Numbered from the stretch's first letter, positions 20,444 to 31,785 are shown. The stretch: 64,000 nt of DNA from Candidatus Latescibacterota bacterium (GCA_965198115.1 OZ240241.1:8256001-8320000); one strand, 5' to 3'. Notes: a model not told the origin generated them from the letters alone. A program made the numbers and translations.

Positions 20444-20455
20444 GGTTGGTGTGAT

Positions 20456-21196
20456 TCAAAACTGAGCCCGCCCCCCCGAGCAATCAAAACACTGACCCGT
20501 CGTGAACGAGGATTCGTCCGAACAGAGGAAGTGGAAGGTCGCGGCGACCTCTTCCGGGCGTCCAAGCCGTCCGATCGGAATCTTGGAGGTCAGAAAGTCG
20601 ACGCGTTCCTGGTCCATGCCTTCGAGAAGCGGGGAATCGATGAGGGCGGGTGCCACGCAGTTCACCCGGATACCCTCGGACATGACTTCCTTGGCCAGGA
20701 CCTTTGTGAAGTTGATGACGCCGGCTTTGGAGACGGAGTAGGGGGCCATGTTGGCGTTCCCCTCTTTGCCGGAGATCGATGCCATGGAGACGATGGCGCC
20801 GGATCGGTTGGGGAGCATGGCGTTGACGGCCGCGCGTGCGCACAGGTAGGTGCCCTTGAGGTTGACATCCATCACGCGGTCCCACTCGCTCACGTCCAGG
20901 TCTTTGACGGGTGTATCATTACCGACGATGCCTGCGTTGTTGACGAGAATGTCAAGACGGCCAAAAGCCCCGAGCGTAGAGGCGAAGGCGGACGCGACAC
21001 TGTCAGGATCGCTGACGTCGCAATGCTCGGCGATCGCACCGCCCGAGAGATCGCTCGCCGTCGTCTTCGCCATCTCGAGATTGACGTCGAGAATGGCCAC
21101 CCGCGCACCCTCGCTGGCGAGTCGCTCGGCGATCGCCTTCCCGATTCCGCACGCGGCACCCGTAACAATAGCGGTCCTGCCTTCGAGCGAGGCCAT
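20456..21196 (-). CDS. Short-chain dehydrogenase/reductase (FabG-like)
   Basis: TGAACGIG, NNAG and YSVSK motifs; RBS CAGGAGGA. Confidence 0.92.
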   Translation of the reverse strand: MASLEGRTAIVTGAACGIGKAIAERLASEGARVAILDVNLEMAKTTASDLSGGAIAEHCDVSDPDSVASAFASTLGAFGRLDILVNNAGIVGNDTPVKDLDVSEWDRVMDVNLKGTYLCARAAVNAMLPNRSGAIVSMASISGKEGNANMAPYSVSKAGVINFTKVLAKEVMSEGIRVNCVAPALIDSPLLEGMDQERVDFLTSKIPIGRLGRPEEVAATFHFLCSDESSFTTGQCFDCSGGRAQF

Positions 21197-21521
21197 CACG
21201 TCCTCCTGTGGATGAAACTGAGATTCTTCAAGATTGAATGTGGATCGATTAGAGACGCTCCTCAAGACCGTTGGAAAACCCCGTCTCCCACGCAATAGCG
21301 GACCACGTAGAGGCGGCCACGAGCAACGCGGCCCGTTCACATCCGGACTTCAGGTCGTCACCCCAGCAGTCACACACCTGGATCGTACTGCCGGCGTGGG
21401 CCACAAGCCCCCGCGGCGCGTGAGCGGGACTTTTCTGCTTCTCTTTTGGTCACAAAAGAGAAGAGTACAGATAGATAATGCAAAGAAGGTTAGAGTCGTT
21501 CCATTCATCTGCGTGAAGAAC

Positions 21522-22692
21522 TAGTGTCACGTCCCGCGTATAAGCTTCAAAAGTTTATGGACTTTCTCGAGGATTGAATCTGCCGTGGCGGTCCAGACGA
21601 AGGGTGTAGAATTCTCGTTGTAGTGATCAGTGAATTTCTTGATGCAGGCGATCAGGTCCTTGACGCTTCTGAAGGTGCCTCGTCGAATGGCTCTTTGGGT
21701 GATGATACCGAACCAGATCTCTACCTGGTTCAGCCAGGAGGCATATGTTGGTGTGTAGTGCACGTGATATCGTTTCCGTGAGGCGAGCCAACGCTTGACG
21801 TTCGGGTGCTTGTGCGTGCCGTAATTATCGACGACCAGATGGATGTCGAGATCCTTTGGGACGTTCTTGTCGATGTGCTTGAGGAACTGAAGGAACTCTT
21901 TGTTGCGGTGTCTGGGCTTGCACTGAGTCAGAACTTTGCCGGATGCGATGTTGAGCGCTGCAAAGAGGGTGGTCGTGCCGTTCCGGATATAGCTGTGAGT
22001 GACGCCCTCGACGTATCCGAGACCCAAAGGAAGAATCGGTTGTGTCCGTTCGAGTGCTTGAATCTGGCTCTTCTCGTCTACACAGAGCACCATCGCGTTG
22101 TCCGGTGGGTTCAGGTATAGACCGACGATATCCCTGACTTTCTCGACGAAGAAGGGATCGTTCGACAGTTTGAAGTGCTTCTGTCGATGCGGTTGCAGCC
22201 CAAAAGCTTTCCATACACGTTGAACCGAGGACTTGGAGAGCCCCGTCTCGTCGGCCATCGAACGACAGGTCCCAGTGGGTGGCACCCTTCGGTTGCTTCT
22301 TGAGCGTCTTGTAGATGAGGGAGGAGATCTCTTCGTCGCTGACCGACCGTGGCCCTCCAGGACGCAATTCGTCATACAGTCCCATCAAGCCTTGCTCGCA
22401 GAAGCGACGACGCCACTTGCCGACAGACGCTCCGGACAACCCGACTCGTTCCGCGATCTCCTGATTGGTCAGACCGCAATCGCTCATCAAGACGATCTTC
22501 GCGCGACGCACCAAAGCGTGAGACATGCTACGCGAACGAGACAATGACTCGAGTTGATCGTGGACCTCATCACTGATGTTCAGTGGCTGTAACGGACGAC
22601 CTCTAGCCATCGGTTCCTCCCAAGAATGAGTGCTTGAGGAACCATACGACAGAATCGAATATTTTTCTAGTTATTCCTGGGACGTGACACTA
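21522..22692 (-). mobile_element. IS630-family insertion sequence (span includes the flanking TA)
   Basis: IR TAGTGTCACGTCCC at both ends; TA duplication. Confidence 0.93.
21527..22610 (-). pseudogene. IS630-family transposase, frameshift near 22272
   Basis: HTH N-terminus; CVDEKSQIQAL, VDNYGTHK and SWLNQVEIWF motifs. An extra G in CACTGGGACC breaks ATHW|TCR. Confidence 0.9.
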
Positions 22693-23793
22693 TATTTCGA
22701 GCTGATACGACACTGCAATGAGATCAGCCAACCGCCGGTGAATTCGCGAGAAAGCTAACGACTGAAGGTCGTCCTGCGACACCCAATCAATCCGGGTGTA
22801 GCCATCGGGTCGGCATGTTTCCCCTTCGGCGACACCCTCGTAGGCGTGAAGCACGAGATCGAAGTGCGTGAACGTATGATGCAGGGTCTGGATCTTCCGT
22901 TCAACCGTCACGCTCAGACCGATTCGCTCGGAAAGCGCGCTCGACCATTCCTGTTTTATCGCCCCGGGAGAGACCGGCGCGGAAGGAAACTCCCACAGAC
23001 CGCCGAGCAACCCCTGATCGGGCCGTCGGGCAACGAGCACGGCATCGCCCCTTCGTAGAACGACGGTGACTTCGGTTCGCTGCCGGCGCGCGGGGCGTGG
23101 GGATTTACGCGGAATCTCGGACTCGATTCCGAGTTCTCGGGCTCGACAGTGGCGGTGAATCGGACACCGATCACAATCGGGATGCCGGGCAGCGCAGAGG
23201 GTGGCCCCGAGCTCCATGATCGCCTGGTTGTAATCTCCAGGATGTTGCGTGTCGAGCAGCGATTGTGCGATCTCGGCGATGGCCTTCTTCGTGTCGGTCT
23301 TCGTGACGTCGTCGCGGATGGCGCATAACCGCGTGAGAACTCGGATGACGTTGCCGTCGACGACGGCGTGGGGCGCGTCGAACGCGATGCTGAGGACCGC
23401 TGCCGTCGTGTAGGGACCGAATCCCTTGAGTCGGGCAAGCTCGTCATACGTGTCGGGCAGACAGCCTCCGTGGCGGCTGACGATCTCGGCAGCCGCGGCG
23501 TGCAGGTTCCTCGCGCGGGAGTAATAGCCCAGTCCCTCCCAGCACTTGAGAATGTCGTCGAGGGGCGCAGAGGCCAGAGATTCGATCGTCGGGAATCGAT
23601 CGAGAAATCGGTTGAAGTAGGGGACGACGGTCTCGACCTGGGTTTGCTGCAGCATGAACTCGGACACGACGACGCGATACGGAGATGGATCGTCTCGCCA
23701 CGGCAGGTCCCGTTGCGCGCGACGATACCACGCCAGGAGTGAACGTCTGAGTCCCGCACGTTGCCTCCCTGCGGGGGCTTCGTGGACGGTCAC
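22690..23793 (-). CDS. mutY: A/G-specific adenine glycosylase
   Basis: SEFMLQQTQV, WEGLGYYSRARNL, VDGNVIRV, CX6CX2CX5C Fe-S cluster and GLWEFP NUDIX-like tail. Confidence 0.95.
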   Translation of the reverse strand: MTVHEAPAGRQRAGLRRSLLAWYRRAQRDLPWRDDPSPYRVVVSEFMLQQTQVETVVPYFNRFLDRFPTIESLASAPLDDILKCWEGLGYYSRARNLHAAAAEIVSRHGGCLPDTYDELARLKGFGPYTTAAVLSIAFDAPHAVVDGNVIRVLTRLCAIRDDVTKTDTKKAIAEIAQSLLDTQHPGDYNQAIMELGATLCAARHPDCDRCPIHRHCRARELGIESEIPRKSPRPARRQRTEVTVVLRRGDAVLVARRPDQGLLGGLWEFPSAPVSPGAIKQEWSSALSERIGLSVTVERKIQTLHHTFTHFDLVLHAYEGVAEGETCRPDGYTRIDWVSQDDLQSLAFSRIHRRLADLIAVSYQLEI

Positions 23794-25915
23794 CTCAACG
23801 CCTCTATCTGTTTTCGAACAGCCTGCGCCGCGCCTGGCGCGCCCTTCCATCTGTTCAGAAACCCCTCGTATGCAGCGATCGCTCCGGTGGTGTCACCCAG
23901 CGCGACGAGGACCTCGCCCCGCGTGTAATAAGCGGGAACATACTCGTCGGTCAGCGCGAAGACCGCGTCCAACGCCTCGAGCGCTTCCGTCCATTTGCCC
24001 TGCCGCTGCCGCACCGCGGCCGTTCGGTAATGTGCGGAGACTCTGGTCGAGTCACGTGCGAGGATGCCGGACAGTTCTTCGAGCGCTTCGTCATAACGTT
24101 CGGCGATCTCGAGTGTGGATGCGAGTTCGAGCCGAATATCGAGGGGTCTCTTCGTGTCGAGCTGAATGGCGGAACGATAAGCGTCGATGGCCCGATCGTA
24201 AGAGGCCTTGCCCCGGTAGGCCGCGGCGAGGTTGACGTAGGATTCAACGTGATTGGGCTGCAACGTCCGGATTTCCTGCAGCGGCGCGATCGCTTCGTCG
24301 TACCGGCCGAGAGCGCTGAGGGACCTGCCCAGGTTGTTGAGGGCGTTGACGAAGTGGGGGTGGTATTGGAGACACGCCTTCTGATCGGCGACGGCGCCTG
24401 CATAGTCGCCGCCATGATGTCTTGCGACGCCACGCATCAGATAGATCTGAGGGTCGAATCGACCGTGGCGCAGGGCCTCGGTCGCAGTCTGTTCGACAGC
24501 CGGCCAGTTGCCAGCCAGGCTCCATTCGAAGGCGATCGCGTTGGCGCGGTCGAAGCGAACGGCTTTGAGCGACAGGAGCGAGGCCGCGACCGTGGCGCAC
24601 GCGCCGGCGATGAAGAGTCGATTGATCTGTGGGAAGTATCGTGTCGTCGGTTTGCTGCACAGGGCGATGATGGCGACAACCACGTGAGCGTGGAGGAGGC
24701 GATGCGTTCGGACGGAAAACTGAAAAAGGCCTGGGCCCCGATCGCGACCAGACCCGTCGTGGCTGCGAGGACGAGCAGATTCTGGTCCTCGTCCTCAGAT
24801 TGGGTTCCTCGGATTCCGAGAAAGACGGCGATCCCGAACAGGGCGAGGTAGGCAGCCCCGCCGAGCACACCCAGTTCGGCGATCATCCAGAGGTAATCGT
24901 TGTGGGGGCGTCTGGGTAGTCCCCCTTTCCACGTCACATCGCCTCCGTCGTAGGCGGTGTAGACATACTGCCAGTTCCCCGGACCGACACCGTGGGGGTG
25001 ATCGGCGATCAGAGGGACCGTGTTGCGCCACATGGTGAGTCGGTCTTTGTCCGAGCCGGGTTGGAAGAGCGACGTGACGGCGCCGGACAGTTCGGTTTTT
25101 TCCCGACTGTGGCTGTCGTAACCGAATCCCCCCATGTCCGGCGACACGGTCAGACCGAGGATGATGGCGAGGAGGGCGGGAATCGCGATGCGAGGGAGGG
25201 ACCTCCCGATGCGACTTGCGAGCCGGGGTTGGGTCTTTCGAAGGAAAACGAAGATCCCAACGGCACTCAAGACACAAGCGAGTCCGAGACCGGCCCAGGC
25301 AGCACGGGTTCGCGTGGCGAGGAGGAAGGCGGTGAGCAGGGCCAGGTTGAGTGCCCACAGGAGGCGTTGACTGTGATCGCTACGAATGAGGAGATAGAGG
25401 GTCCACGGAATGGCCTGAATCAGGAACATGGCCGCGTAGTTTCTGTAGCCGAACGTGGCGCTCGGCATGCCGCCGGAAGAGAGACCGAGGAAGGCCACAC
25501 CCGTGTACTGGCACAAGCCGATGACGTTGACGACGCCTGCCGTTCCGCACGCTGCTACGATAACGGGTCGAAAATCGCGAAGCGTCATGGTCTGCAGGCA
25601 GACGAAGAAGAGACAAGCCAGCGTGAACTTCTGCGCAATCTGAACGGTGGCCTCGACACGATTGACCGCCCAGATGGAGGTGACGAGGCCGGAGGCGAGG
25701 ACGAGTCCGATCGGAAGCAGGAGGGGGCTTGTGCGTGCCTTTCTGATTCGCAACTGCGCAGCGCGAATGAAGAGCGCGAGTAGACCGAGTTGCAGGACGA
25801 GGAGCTTGATGTAGTAGGCATCCAGAATCGCGGTGTCTTCGAGCGCGAGGGGGACCGCGATGACCGTGAGTATGAGGATCGTCCGGAAGGTTCGGTCGAC
25901 GGGTGCCTCAGTCAC
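23790..25915 (-). CDS. O-antigen ligase family protein with C-terminal TPRs; frameshift near 24683
   Basis: TRTRAAWAG, GVGPGNW and PHNDYLW motifs in the 24437..26197 frame; TPRs in the 23790..24683 frame. Confidence 0.82.
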
Positions 25916-26237
25916 GCGATGTCTCGTCTTCGCCCAGTCCCACGATGGTTCTGGCGTGCTCTTTAACGATTTCGGCAGGGGTAAAGCGGATGAGGTTGTG
26001 GACGGCCAGCAGCAGGATGACGACGTCTTCGACGAGGCCGAGCGGAGGCAGGATCGCTTCGGGGATGATGTCGAAGGGAGAGACGACATAGATCGTGGCG
26101 AAGACGAGGAAAATTCTGTGCAAGATGGGCGCACGTCGCTCGAAGAGGAGTCTGAACGCGAGCCGAACGTATTGCGGCAACTTGGTGACGATGGCAAAGA
26201 AGCCCCGCAGAGGTAGACGATGAATGGGGATTCTCAT
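25908..26237 (-). CDS. DUF1232/YkvA family membrane protein
   Basis: YVVSPFDIIPE...LGLVEDV motif. Confidence 0.85.
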   Translation of the reverse strand: MRIPIHRLPLRGFFAIVTKLPQYVRLAFRLLFERRAPILHRIFLVFATIYVVSPFDIIPEAILPPLGLVEDVVILLLAVHNLIRFTPAEIVKEHARTIVGLGEDETSRD

Positions 26238-26244
26238 GACAACC

Positions 26245-27903
26245 TCAATTGACGTGCCGAACAGCGTGTCTGTCTCTCAGGACAGAACGCTGCACCTTCC
26301 CGGTCGATGTCTTGGGGAGATCGTCTGCGTTCACGGTTACCACCTCGGTTGGCGCTTCGTATGGACTCAGTCCTCGAATCTTGCCACGGGATGCTAGGTC
26401 CCGAATCTCGTCTGCTCGAGCGACTGCCTCCGCATCGGTCACCCCCGCCGCGAGGACGAGGACGGCGCAGACTTTTTCCCCGAATCGTTCGGATGGGATT
26501 CCGATGACGTAGGCTCCTTCCAGATCGTCGAGCCCCTCGACGAGCGCGTTCTCGACGGCGATCGGGGAGATGTTCACGCCGCCTTTGATGATGATCTCTT
26601 TCGCGCGCCCGTGAATGTAGTAGTATCGCTCGCCGTCGTGTTCCTTCCAGCACCCGATGTCGCCCGTGCGAAACCAACCGTTGCTGAAAGCGTCGGCCGT
26701 GGCATCCGGCTGGTTGAGGTAACCGGCCGACACGACCGGACCGCGAACGAGGATTTCACCCAGCTCTCCTTCTCCAGGATCGCCGTCGATCCGGACGTTG
26801 CTGTAGGTCAGCTCGCGGCCGATAGAGTTGGATTCCAGGAGGTGTCGGTAAGAGTCCTGGTCGAGTCCGGGAGGGACACCCGTGACGCGCAGACTGACTT
26901 CGGTCGTTCCGTAGCCCTGGACGAGACGCACACCGAAGGTGTCGACGAATCGGCACGCTGCGCCAGAGGGAACGGGGGCGGACCCGATCATGATTTTTCG
27001 AAGATGCCTCAGTTCGTCGGGCGAGGGCTTGGGGTCTAAGGCGAGCAGGTCGTGCATGATCGTCGGGACGATGCTGGAGGCCGTCGCACGTTCTTCGATC
27101 AGGCCGGGCCAAAACGCGTGGACCGAATACCGACTGTTGAGGATGAGTGTGCCACCGGTCATGAGCGTGGTGAGGGAGAAGACGGTGGAGTTGACGTGAT
27201 GGAGGGGGAGGACGAGACTGAGCCGATCGGTCTCGTCGAACTCCAACCACCGTATGATGCCGTCGGCGTTGCTCGTCAGGCTCTGACGTGTGAGCAGCGC
27301 TCCTTTGGGATTTCCCGTTGTTCCCGAGGTGTAGAGGACGACGTTGGGTGCCTGCTGTTCCTTGGGGTCGTCAGCCCAGTCGGGCTCGAGCTCGACGGAC
27401 TCACCCTTTGGGGGACCCAGCAGTTCGTCGGAGGAAACGACCTGCGTGTCAGGCAGGATGGCCTGCTCTTCCTCGACGACATCGGTTTGTGCGCAGACGA
27501 GCCTGGCGGTTGAATCGCCAACTTTGAATCGCTTGCGATCGGGGACGTCCCGTTTCAGGTCGAGCGGTACCGAGGTGGCGCCGAGTCTGAACAGGGCGAG
27601 CGTGAGGAGTGGAATCTCGAGACAGTTGGGGAGCGCGAGCGCGACGCGATCGCCGGGGCCGACATCGTATGCGCGATGTAGCGTGGTCGCGATCTGCCCC
27701 GTCAGTGATTCGAGTTCAGCGTAGGTCGTCTCGGTCCTGGAGCCCGAGTCGACGTCGCGAAAGACGATGGCGACCTGGTCTCCGCGTTCGGCTGCACGGT
27801 CTTGCAACAGGGCGGTGAAGCTCCGCCACGGAAACCGGTAGGGTTGCGGGCGACCGTCCTTTTCGCACGCGAAGACCGGAGATGTCGGCGCGAGGACGGT
27901 CAC
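26245..27903 (-). CDS. AMP-binding acyl/aryl-CoA ligase
   Basis: YTSGTTGNPKG, QGYGTTE, WFRTGD and LPKTSTGKVQR motifs. Confidence 0.92.
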   Translation of the reverse strand: MTVLAPTSPVFACEKDGRPQPYRFPWRSFTALLQDRAAERGDQVAIVFRDVDSGSRTETTYAELESLTGQIATTLHRAYDVGPGDRVALALPNCLEIPLLTLALFRLGATSVPLDLKRDVPDRKRFKVGDSTARLVCAQTDVVEEEQAILPDTQVVSSDELLGPPKGESVELEPDWADDPKEQQAPNVVLYTSGTTGNPKGALLTRQSLTSNADGIIRWLEFDETDRLSLVLPLHHVNSTVFSLTTLMTGGTLILNSRYSVHAFWPGLIEERATASSIVPTIMHDLLALDPKPSPDELRHLRKIMIGSAPVPSGAACRFVDTFGVRLVQGYGTTEVSLRVTGVPPGLDQDSYRHLLESNSIGRELTYSNVRIDGDPGEGELGEILVRGPVVSAGYLNQPDATADAFSNGWFRTGDIGCWKEHDGERYYYIHGRAKEIIIKGGVNISPIAVENALVEGLDDLEGAYVIGIPSERFGEKVCAVLVLAAGVTDAEAVARADEIRDLASRGKIRGLSPYEAPTEVVTVNADDLPKTSTGKVQRSVLRDRHAVRHVN

Positions 27904-27905
27904 GG

Positions 27906-28985
27906 TTACGGGGCCAGCGCGTTTTGGCGGAGGTAGTGATCGACGAGGACGAGAGCGGTCATGGCCTCGACCATGGGCACCGCTCTTGGCAGCACGCAGG
28001 GATCGTGGCGGCCACGGCCCTTCAAAGTCGTGGGATTACCGTCGACATCGACCGTGTTCTGTTCTTTGAGAATCGTCGCCGTCGGTTTGAAGGCGGCGCG
28101 AATCACGATGTCCTCACCGTTGGAGATACCACCCTGAATGCCCCCCGAACGGTTGGTTTCCGTGGCGATGCGCCCTTCTTTGATGACGAAGGCGTCGTTG
28201 TGTGTCGATCCCGTGAGCAGCGTTCCCGCGAATCCGGATCCCGATTCGAATCCCTTGCACGCCGGGAGGGAGAGCATGGCCTTGGCGAGGTCTGCTTCGA
28301 GTTTATCGAAGACGGGAGCCCCGAGTCCCGACGGTACCTGACGTGCCACGGCCTCGACGACGCCTCCGAGTGAGTCGCCGTCTTTCCGCGCCTCGTCGAT
28401 TCGAGCGATCATCTGTTCGGCGGTCGACGGATCGGGGCAGCGGGCGATGTTCGCGTCGACGTCCTCGCGCTTGACCGAGGAACTGTCGACTTCCGCTTCG
28501 ATCTTCTGCACACGCGCCACCCACGCGACGATCTCGGTTCCACACCGTTCACGCAGGATCTTCTGTGCGATGGCTCCTGCGGCGACGCGCCCGATGGTCT
28601 CCCGCGCGCTCGCCCGGCCACCTCCCTTCCAGTTCCGGATGCCGTATTTCGCCTGATAGGTAAAGTCGGCGTGTGAGGGACGATACTTCAGACGCATTTC
28701 TTCGTAGTCCTGAGATCGGGCGTCCTTGTTCCGGACGAGGAGGGAAATGGGCGTGCCCAGGGTTAGCCCTTCGAACACGCCGGACAGAATCTCAACGCGG
28801 TCTTCTTCCTGACGCTGGGTCGTGATGCGGCTCTGGCCCGGTCGCCGTCGATCGAGGTCCGCCTGAATGTCGTCGTTCGAGAGTGCGAGTCCGGGTGGAC
28901 AACCGTCGACGACCGCACCGATACCGCCTCCGTGTGACTCACCCCACGTGGTGAGTCGAAAGAGGTGGCCGAAGGTATTTCCCAT
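27906..28985 (-). CDS. aroC: Chorismate synthase
   Basis: [21 protein letters not shown] and GRHDPCV motifs. Confidence 0.98.
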   Translation of the reverse strand: MGNTFGHLFRLTTWGESHGGGIGAVVDGCPPGLALSNDDIQADLDRRRPGQSRITTQRQEEDRVEILSGVFEGLTLGTPISLLVRNKDARSQDYEEMRLKYRPSHADFTYQAKYGIRNWKGGGRASARETIGRVAAGAIAQKILRERCGTEIVAWVARVQKIEAEVDSSSVKREDVDANIARCPDPSTAEQMIARIDEARKDGDSLGGVVEAVARQVPSGLGAPVFDKLEADLAKAMLSLPACKGFESGSGFAGTLLTGSTHNDAFVIKEGRIATETNRSGGIQGGISNGEDIVIRAAFKPTATILKEQNTVDVDGNPTTLKGRGRHDPCVLPRAVPMVEAMTALVLVDHYLRQNALAP

Positions 28986-29024
28986 TGCAGTAAGTCTTTC
29001 TGTATGCGGGGGTTAGGGCATGCC

Positions 29025-29094
29025 AATTTACTCAATCCCCCCATGGGGGTCAAGCCAAGCCACCTTGACACGGTTCGCGAGCGGGGGCTATCTT
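29025..29094. promoter_or_regulatory. Divergent sigma70-like promoters (aroC / creatininase-family gene)
   Basis: Minus strand TTGACC-17-TAAATT; plus strand TTGACA-18-TATCTT. Confidence 0.55.
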
Positions 29095-29126
29095 GGGCGC
29101 GCTTCACCTCCCTAACGGAGTATACG

Positions 29127-29900
29127 ATGCGGCCCGGCATTCTCGAAGAGATGACGATCGACGACGTTCGAGCCCTCGATCCGAATGTTTGCGTGTTTCC
29201 GATCGGCTCGACGGAGCCGCACGGCCCGGCACTGCCCTATGGGACGGACAGTTTTCAGGTCGAGGCGGCGAGCTACGGTGGAACCGTTCGAGCGAACGAC
29301 CTGGGTGGCCGGGTGCTGTGCTTTCCGACTCAGCGAGTCAGTCTTAACAACAACTTTCGGGCCTTCCCGTTCGCGTGTCGAATGCAGGTTTCGACATTCA
29401 TGCGCCTGCTCGTGGACCTGGTCGTGATGTGCGAAAAGGAGGGCGTGCGGCGTTTCGTTTTCGTGAATGGGCACGGCGGGAACCCGGACGTCATTCGAGC
29501 GGTTCAACGGGATCTATCGGCACGAGACGGGATTTCCACTTTCCTGATCAGCACGAGTCATTGTGCGGACAAGGAAATGTTGAACGCGATGTGGGAGAAT
29601 CGCAGCGATCACGCCGGGGAGGAAGAGACGTCGATGGTCATGCACTTGAGGCCCGACCTTGTTCGGACAAACAGGATCGACGATCGACCCAGAAATGCTC
29701 CCATCGTGGACGTCGTGAACGAATTCAAACCGGACTTTGTCCGTCCCTGGCACCTCTACATTCCGACGTCGGCCGGCGGTGACGCGCGTCAGGCCTCGGC
29801 GGAAAAGGGTGAACGTGCGATCTCGTCGTCGATCGACGGGATGGGTCGGTTTTTGGCCGGTATTTCTGAAGCGCCCGACACGGACACCTTTCCCTACTGA
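29127..29900 (+). CDS. Creatininase-family amidohydrolase
   Basis: GSTEPHGPALPYGTD, NGHGGN and DHAGEEETS motifs. Confidence 0.9.
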   Translation: MRPGILEEMTIDDVRALDPNVCVFPIGSTEPHGPALPYGTDSFQVEAASYGGTVRANDLGGRVLCFPTQRVSLNNNFRAFPFACRMQVSTFMRLLVDLVVMCEKEGVRRFVFVNGHGGNPDVIRAVQRDLSARDGISTFLISTSHCADKEMLNAMWENRSDHAGEEETSMVMHLRPDLVRTNRIDDRPRNAPIVDVVNEFKPDFVRPWHLYIPTSAGGDARQASAEKGERAISSSIDGMGRFLAGISEAPDTDTFPY

Positions 29901-29910
29901 GGAATCCAAC

Positions 29911-31011
29911 GTGGTTACCTACCGAGATCTGGAGATTCGACCTTTCATCAACGCCAGTGGCACGATCACGACGCTGGGTGGCAGCATCATGGACGAGGAA
30001 GTGATCGATGCCATGCGCGAAGCGTCGAAGTCGTTCATCGATCTGAACGCTCTGAACGAGGAAGCCGGCAGCTATCTGGCTCGGAGGATCGGCGTTCCCG
30101 CCGCCTTCATCTCCTGCGGAGCCGCGAGTGGCATGCAGCTTTCGGCAGCGGCCTGTCTGACCGGTACGGATCCCGCACGCGTCCGAGAGTTGCCGAGAAC
30201 CGAGGGCTGGCGGAATCGATTCGTGATCAGTATGGTCGACCGACACACCTACATTCATCAAGGTATCGAGGTGTGCGGGGGGACGCTGGTCCGGGTGGGC
30301 ACGGATAAAGGCGTGACGGACGACGATATCGTCAACGGGATCGACGATCAGACGGCGGCGGTCGTCCATTTTCTGGGCAAGCAGAGTCTCGAACAGTTGG
30401 AGCGAGTCGCGGCCGGCGCCGCCGAGCGGGGGGTACCCGTCATGGTCGATGCAGCCGCGCAGCTGCCGCCGCGAACGAACCTGGTCGACGTCCTGGGGGC
30501 GGGAGCCAGCCTGGTAACCTTCAGCGGTGGGAAAGGCTTGAGTGGGCCGCAAAATTCGGGTCTCGTCCTCGGGAAGCTGGAGTATGTGGAGGCGGTACGG
30601 ATGAACGCGAGTCCGCAGAGCGGGGTCGGCCGTGGGATGAAGGTCGGCAAGGAGGAGATCCTGGGTCTGCTGACGGCCGTCGATCGGTTCCTGAAGGGGA
30701 GCGACGGAGAAGACCGGACGACGTGGGAGTGTCGGGCTACGTCGGTTGTGAAGGCCGTCGAAGACATTGCAGGCGTAAAGGCGTTCGTGGGGCGAGAAGG
30801 CCAGGCGGCGAGTCCCGACTTTGCGCCTCGCGCTTACATCGAACTGGAGGAAGATCGGTTGGACAACGTCATACAACGGCTGCGGGAAGGATCTCCGTCG
30901 ATCGTGATCCGGCGCGCGGGAGACCAGCTGTGTGTGGATCCCATGACGTTGCAGGATGGGGAAGAGGAGGTTGTGGGGGAGAGGCTGAGAGCGGTCCTAA
31001 GTGACCATTGA
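29911..31011 (+). CDS. SelA-like PLP-dependent enzyme (DgaE-type ammonia-lyase family)
   Basis: INASGTITTLGGS, VDAAAQ, FSGGKGLSGPQ and GRGMKVGKEEI motifs. Confidence 0.85.
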   Translation: MVTYRDLEIRPFINASGTITTLGGSIMDEEVIDAMREASKSFIDLNALNEEAGSYLARRIGVPAAFISCGAASGMQLSAAACLTGTDPARVRELPRTEGWRNRFVISMVDRHTYIHQGIEVCGGTLVRVGTDKGVTDDDIVNGIDDQTAAVVHFLGKQSLEQLERVAAGAAERGVPVMVDAAAQLPPRTNLVDVLGAGASLVTFSGGKGLSGPQNSGLVLGKLEYVEAVRMNASPQSGVGRGMKVGKEEILGLLTAVDRFLKGSDGEDRTTWECRATSVVKAVEDIAGVKAFVGREGQAASPDFAPRAYIELEEDRLDNVIQRLREGSPSIVIRRAGDQLCVDPMTLQDGEEEVVGERLRAVLSDH

Positions 31012-31014
31012 CCC

Positions 31015-31716
31015 ATGACCAGAGCTGGGAAGCGTGTTCGTTGCGAACGTCTGAGGGTTTGTCTGGCGTTGATTGTGATGGGGTTTGCGATGAGTGGGGG
31101 GACGTGTTTAAACGCACAAGAGCAGGTGGTGTGGCGGTTTGACAATCTCGAGCGGATCGGTGGGCACGTCGTGACGGTGGAGGGCAATCCCGAAGTGGTC
31201 GACACACCGCTCGGGAAGGCCGTCGAGTTCGACGGGGTCGACGATGGGATTTTTTTCGACGTCCACCCGATGGCGGGGTGGCGCACCTTCACGGTCGAAG
31301 TCATTTTTCAGCCCTACAAAGATGGGCTTGTCGAGCAACGATTCTTTCACATGCAGGAAGCTGATTCGGATGATCGAGTGGTGTTCGAGACACGTCTGAC
31401 CGAGGATGATCGATGGTATCTGGACACGTTCATCAACTCGAAGGACACCGAGAACGCGATGCTGGCTCGAGATCACCAGCATCCGATCGGCCCGTGGTAT
31501 CACACTGCGTCCGTTGTCGACGGAGAATCCATGAAACACTACGTCAACGGCGAGTTCGAGGTGGGTGAGGCGTTTTTCTACGCTCCTCAGAAGCCGGGCC
31601 GGACGTCGCTCGGGGTTAGACTGAACCGTGTGCATTGGTATAAGGGTGCGATCCACACCGCACGGTTCACACCCGGGGTGCTGTCGCCGGAAGAGTTCAT
31701 GAAGATCAAGGATTGA
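31015..31716 (+). CDS. Secreted LamG/concanavalin-like domain protein
   Basis: Signal-like N-terminus; KAVEFDGVDD and WYHTA...YVNG motifs. Confidence 0.75.
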   Translation: MTRAGKRVRCERLRVCLALIVMGFAMSGGTCLNAQEQVVWRFDNLERIGGHVVTVEGNPEVVDTPLGKAVEFDGVDDGIFFDVHPMAGWRTFTVEVIFQPYKDGLVEQRFFHMQEADSDDRVVFETRLTEDDRWYLDTFINSKDTENAMLARDHQHPIGPWYHTASVVDGESMKHYVNGEFEVGEAFFYAPQKPGRTSLGVRLNRVHWYKGAIHTARFTPGVLSPEEFMKIKD

Positions 31717-31785
31717 GGATCGAATAGTGAGCCGCGCCACCACGTTGCCCACAAAAGACACGCAGCGGAGCAACTTAAGAAAGCA

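Noticed and set aside
22255-22290. Programmed frameshift in the IS630 transposase
   Set aside because: No slippery A-rich heptamer; a single extra G in a G run explains it.
29911-31011. Selenocysteine synthase SelA, tempting given the in-frame TGAs at 16.5 kb
   Set aside because: It is short (~366 aa) with DgaE-type motifs, and there is no selB, selC or selD in the window.
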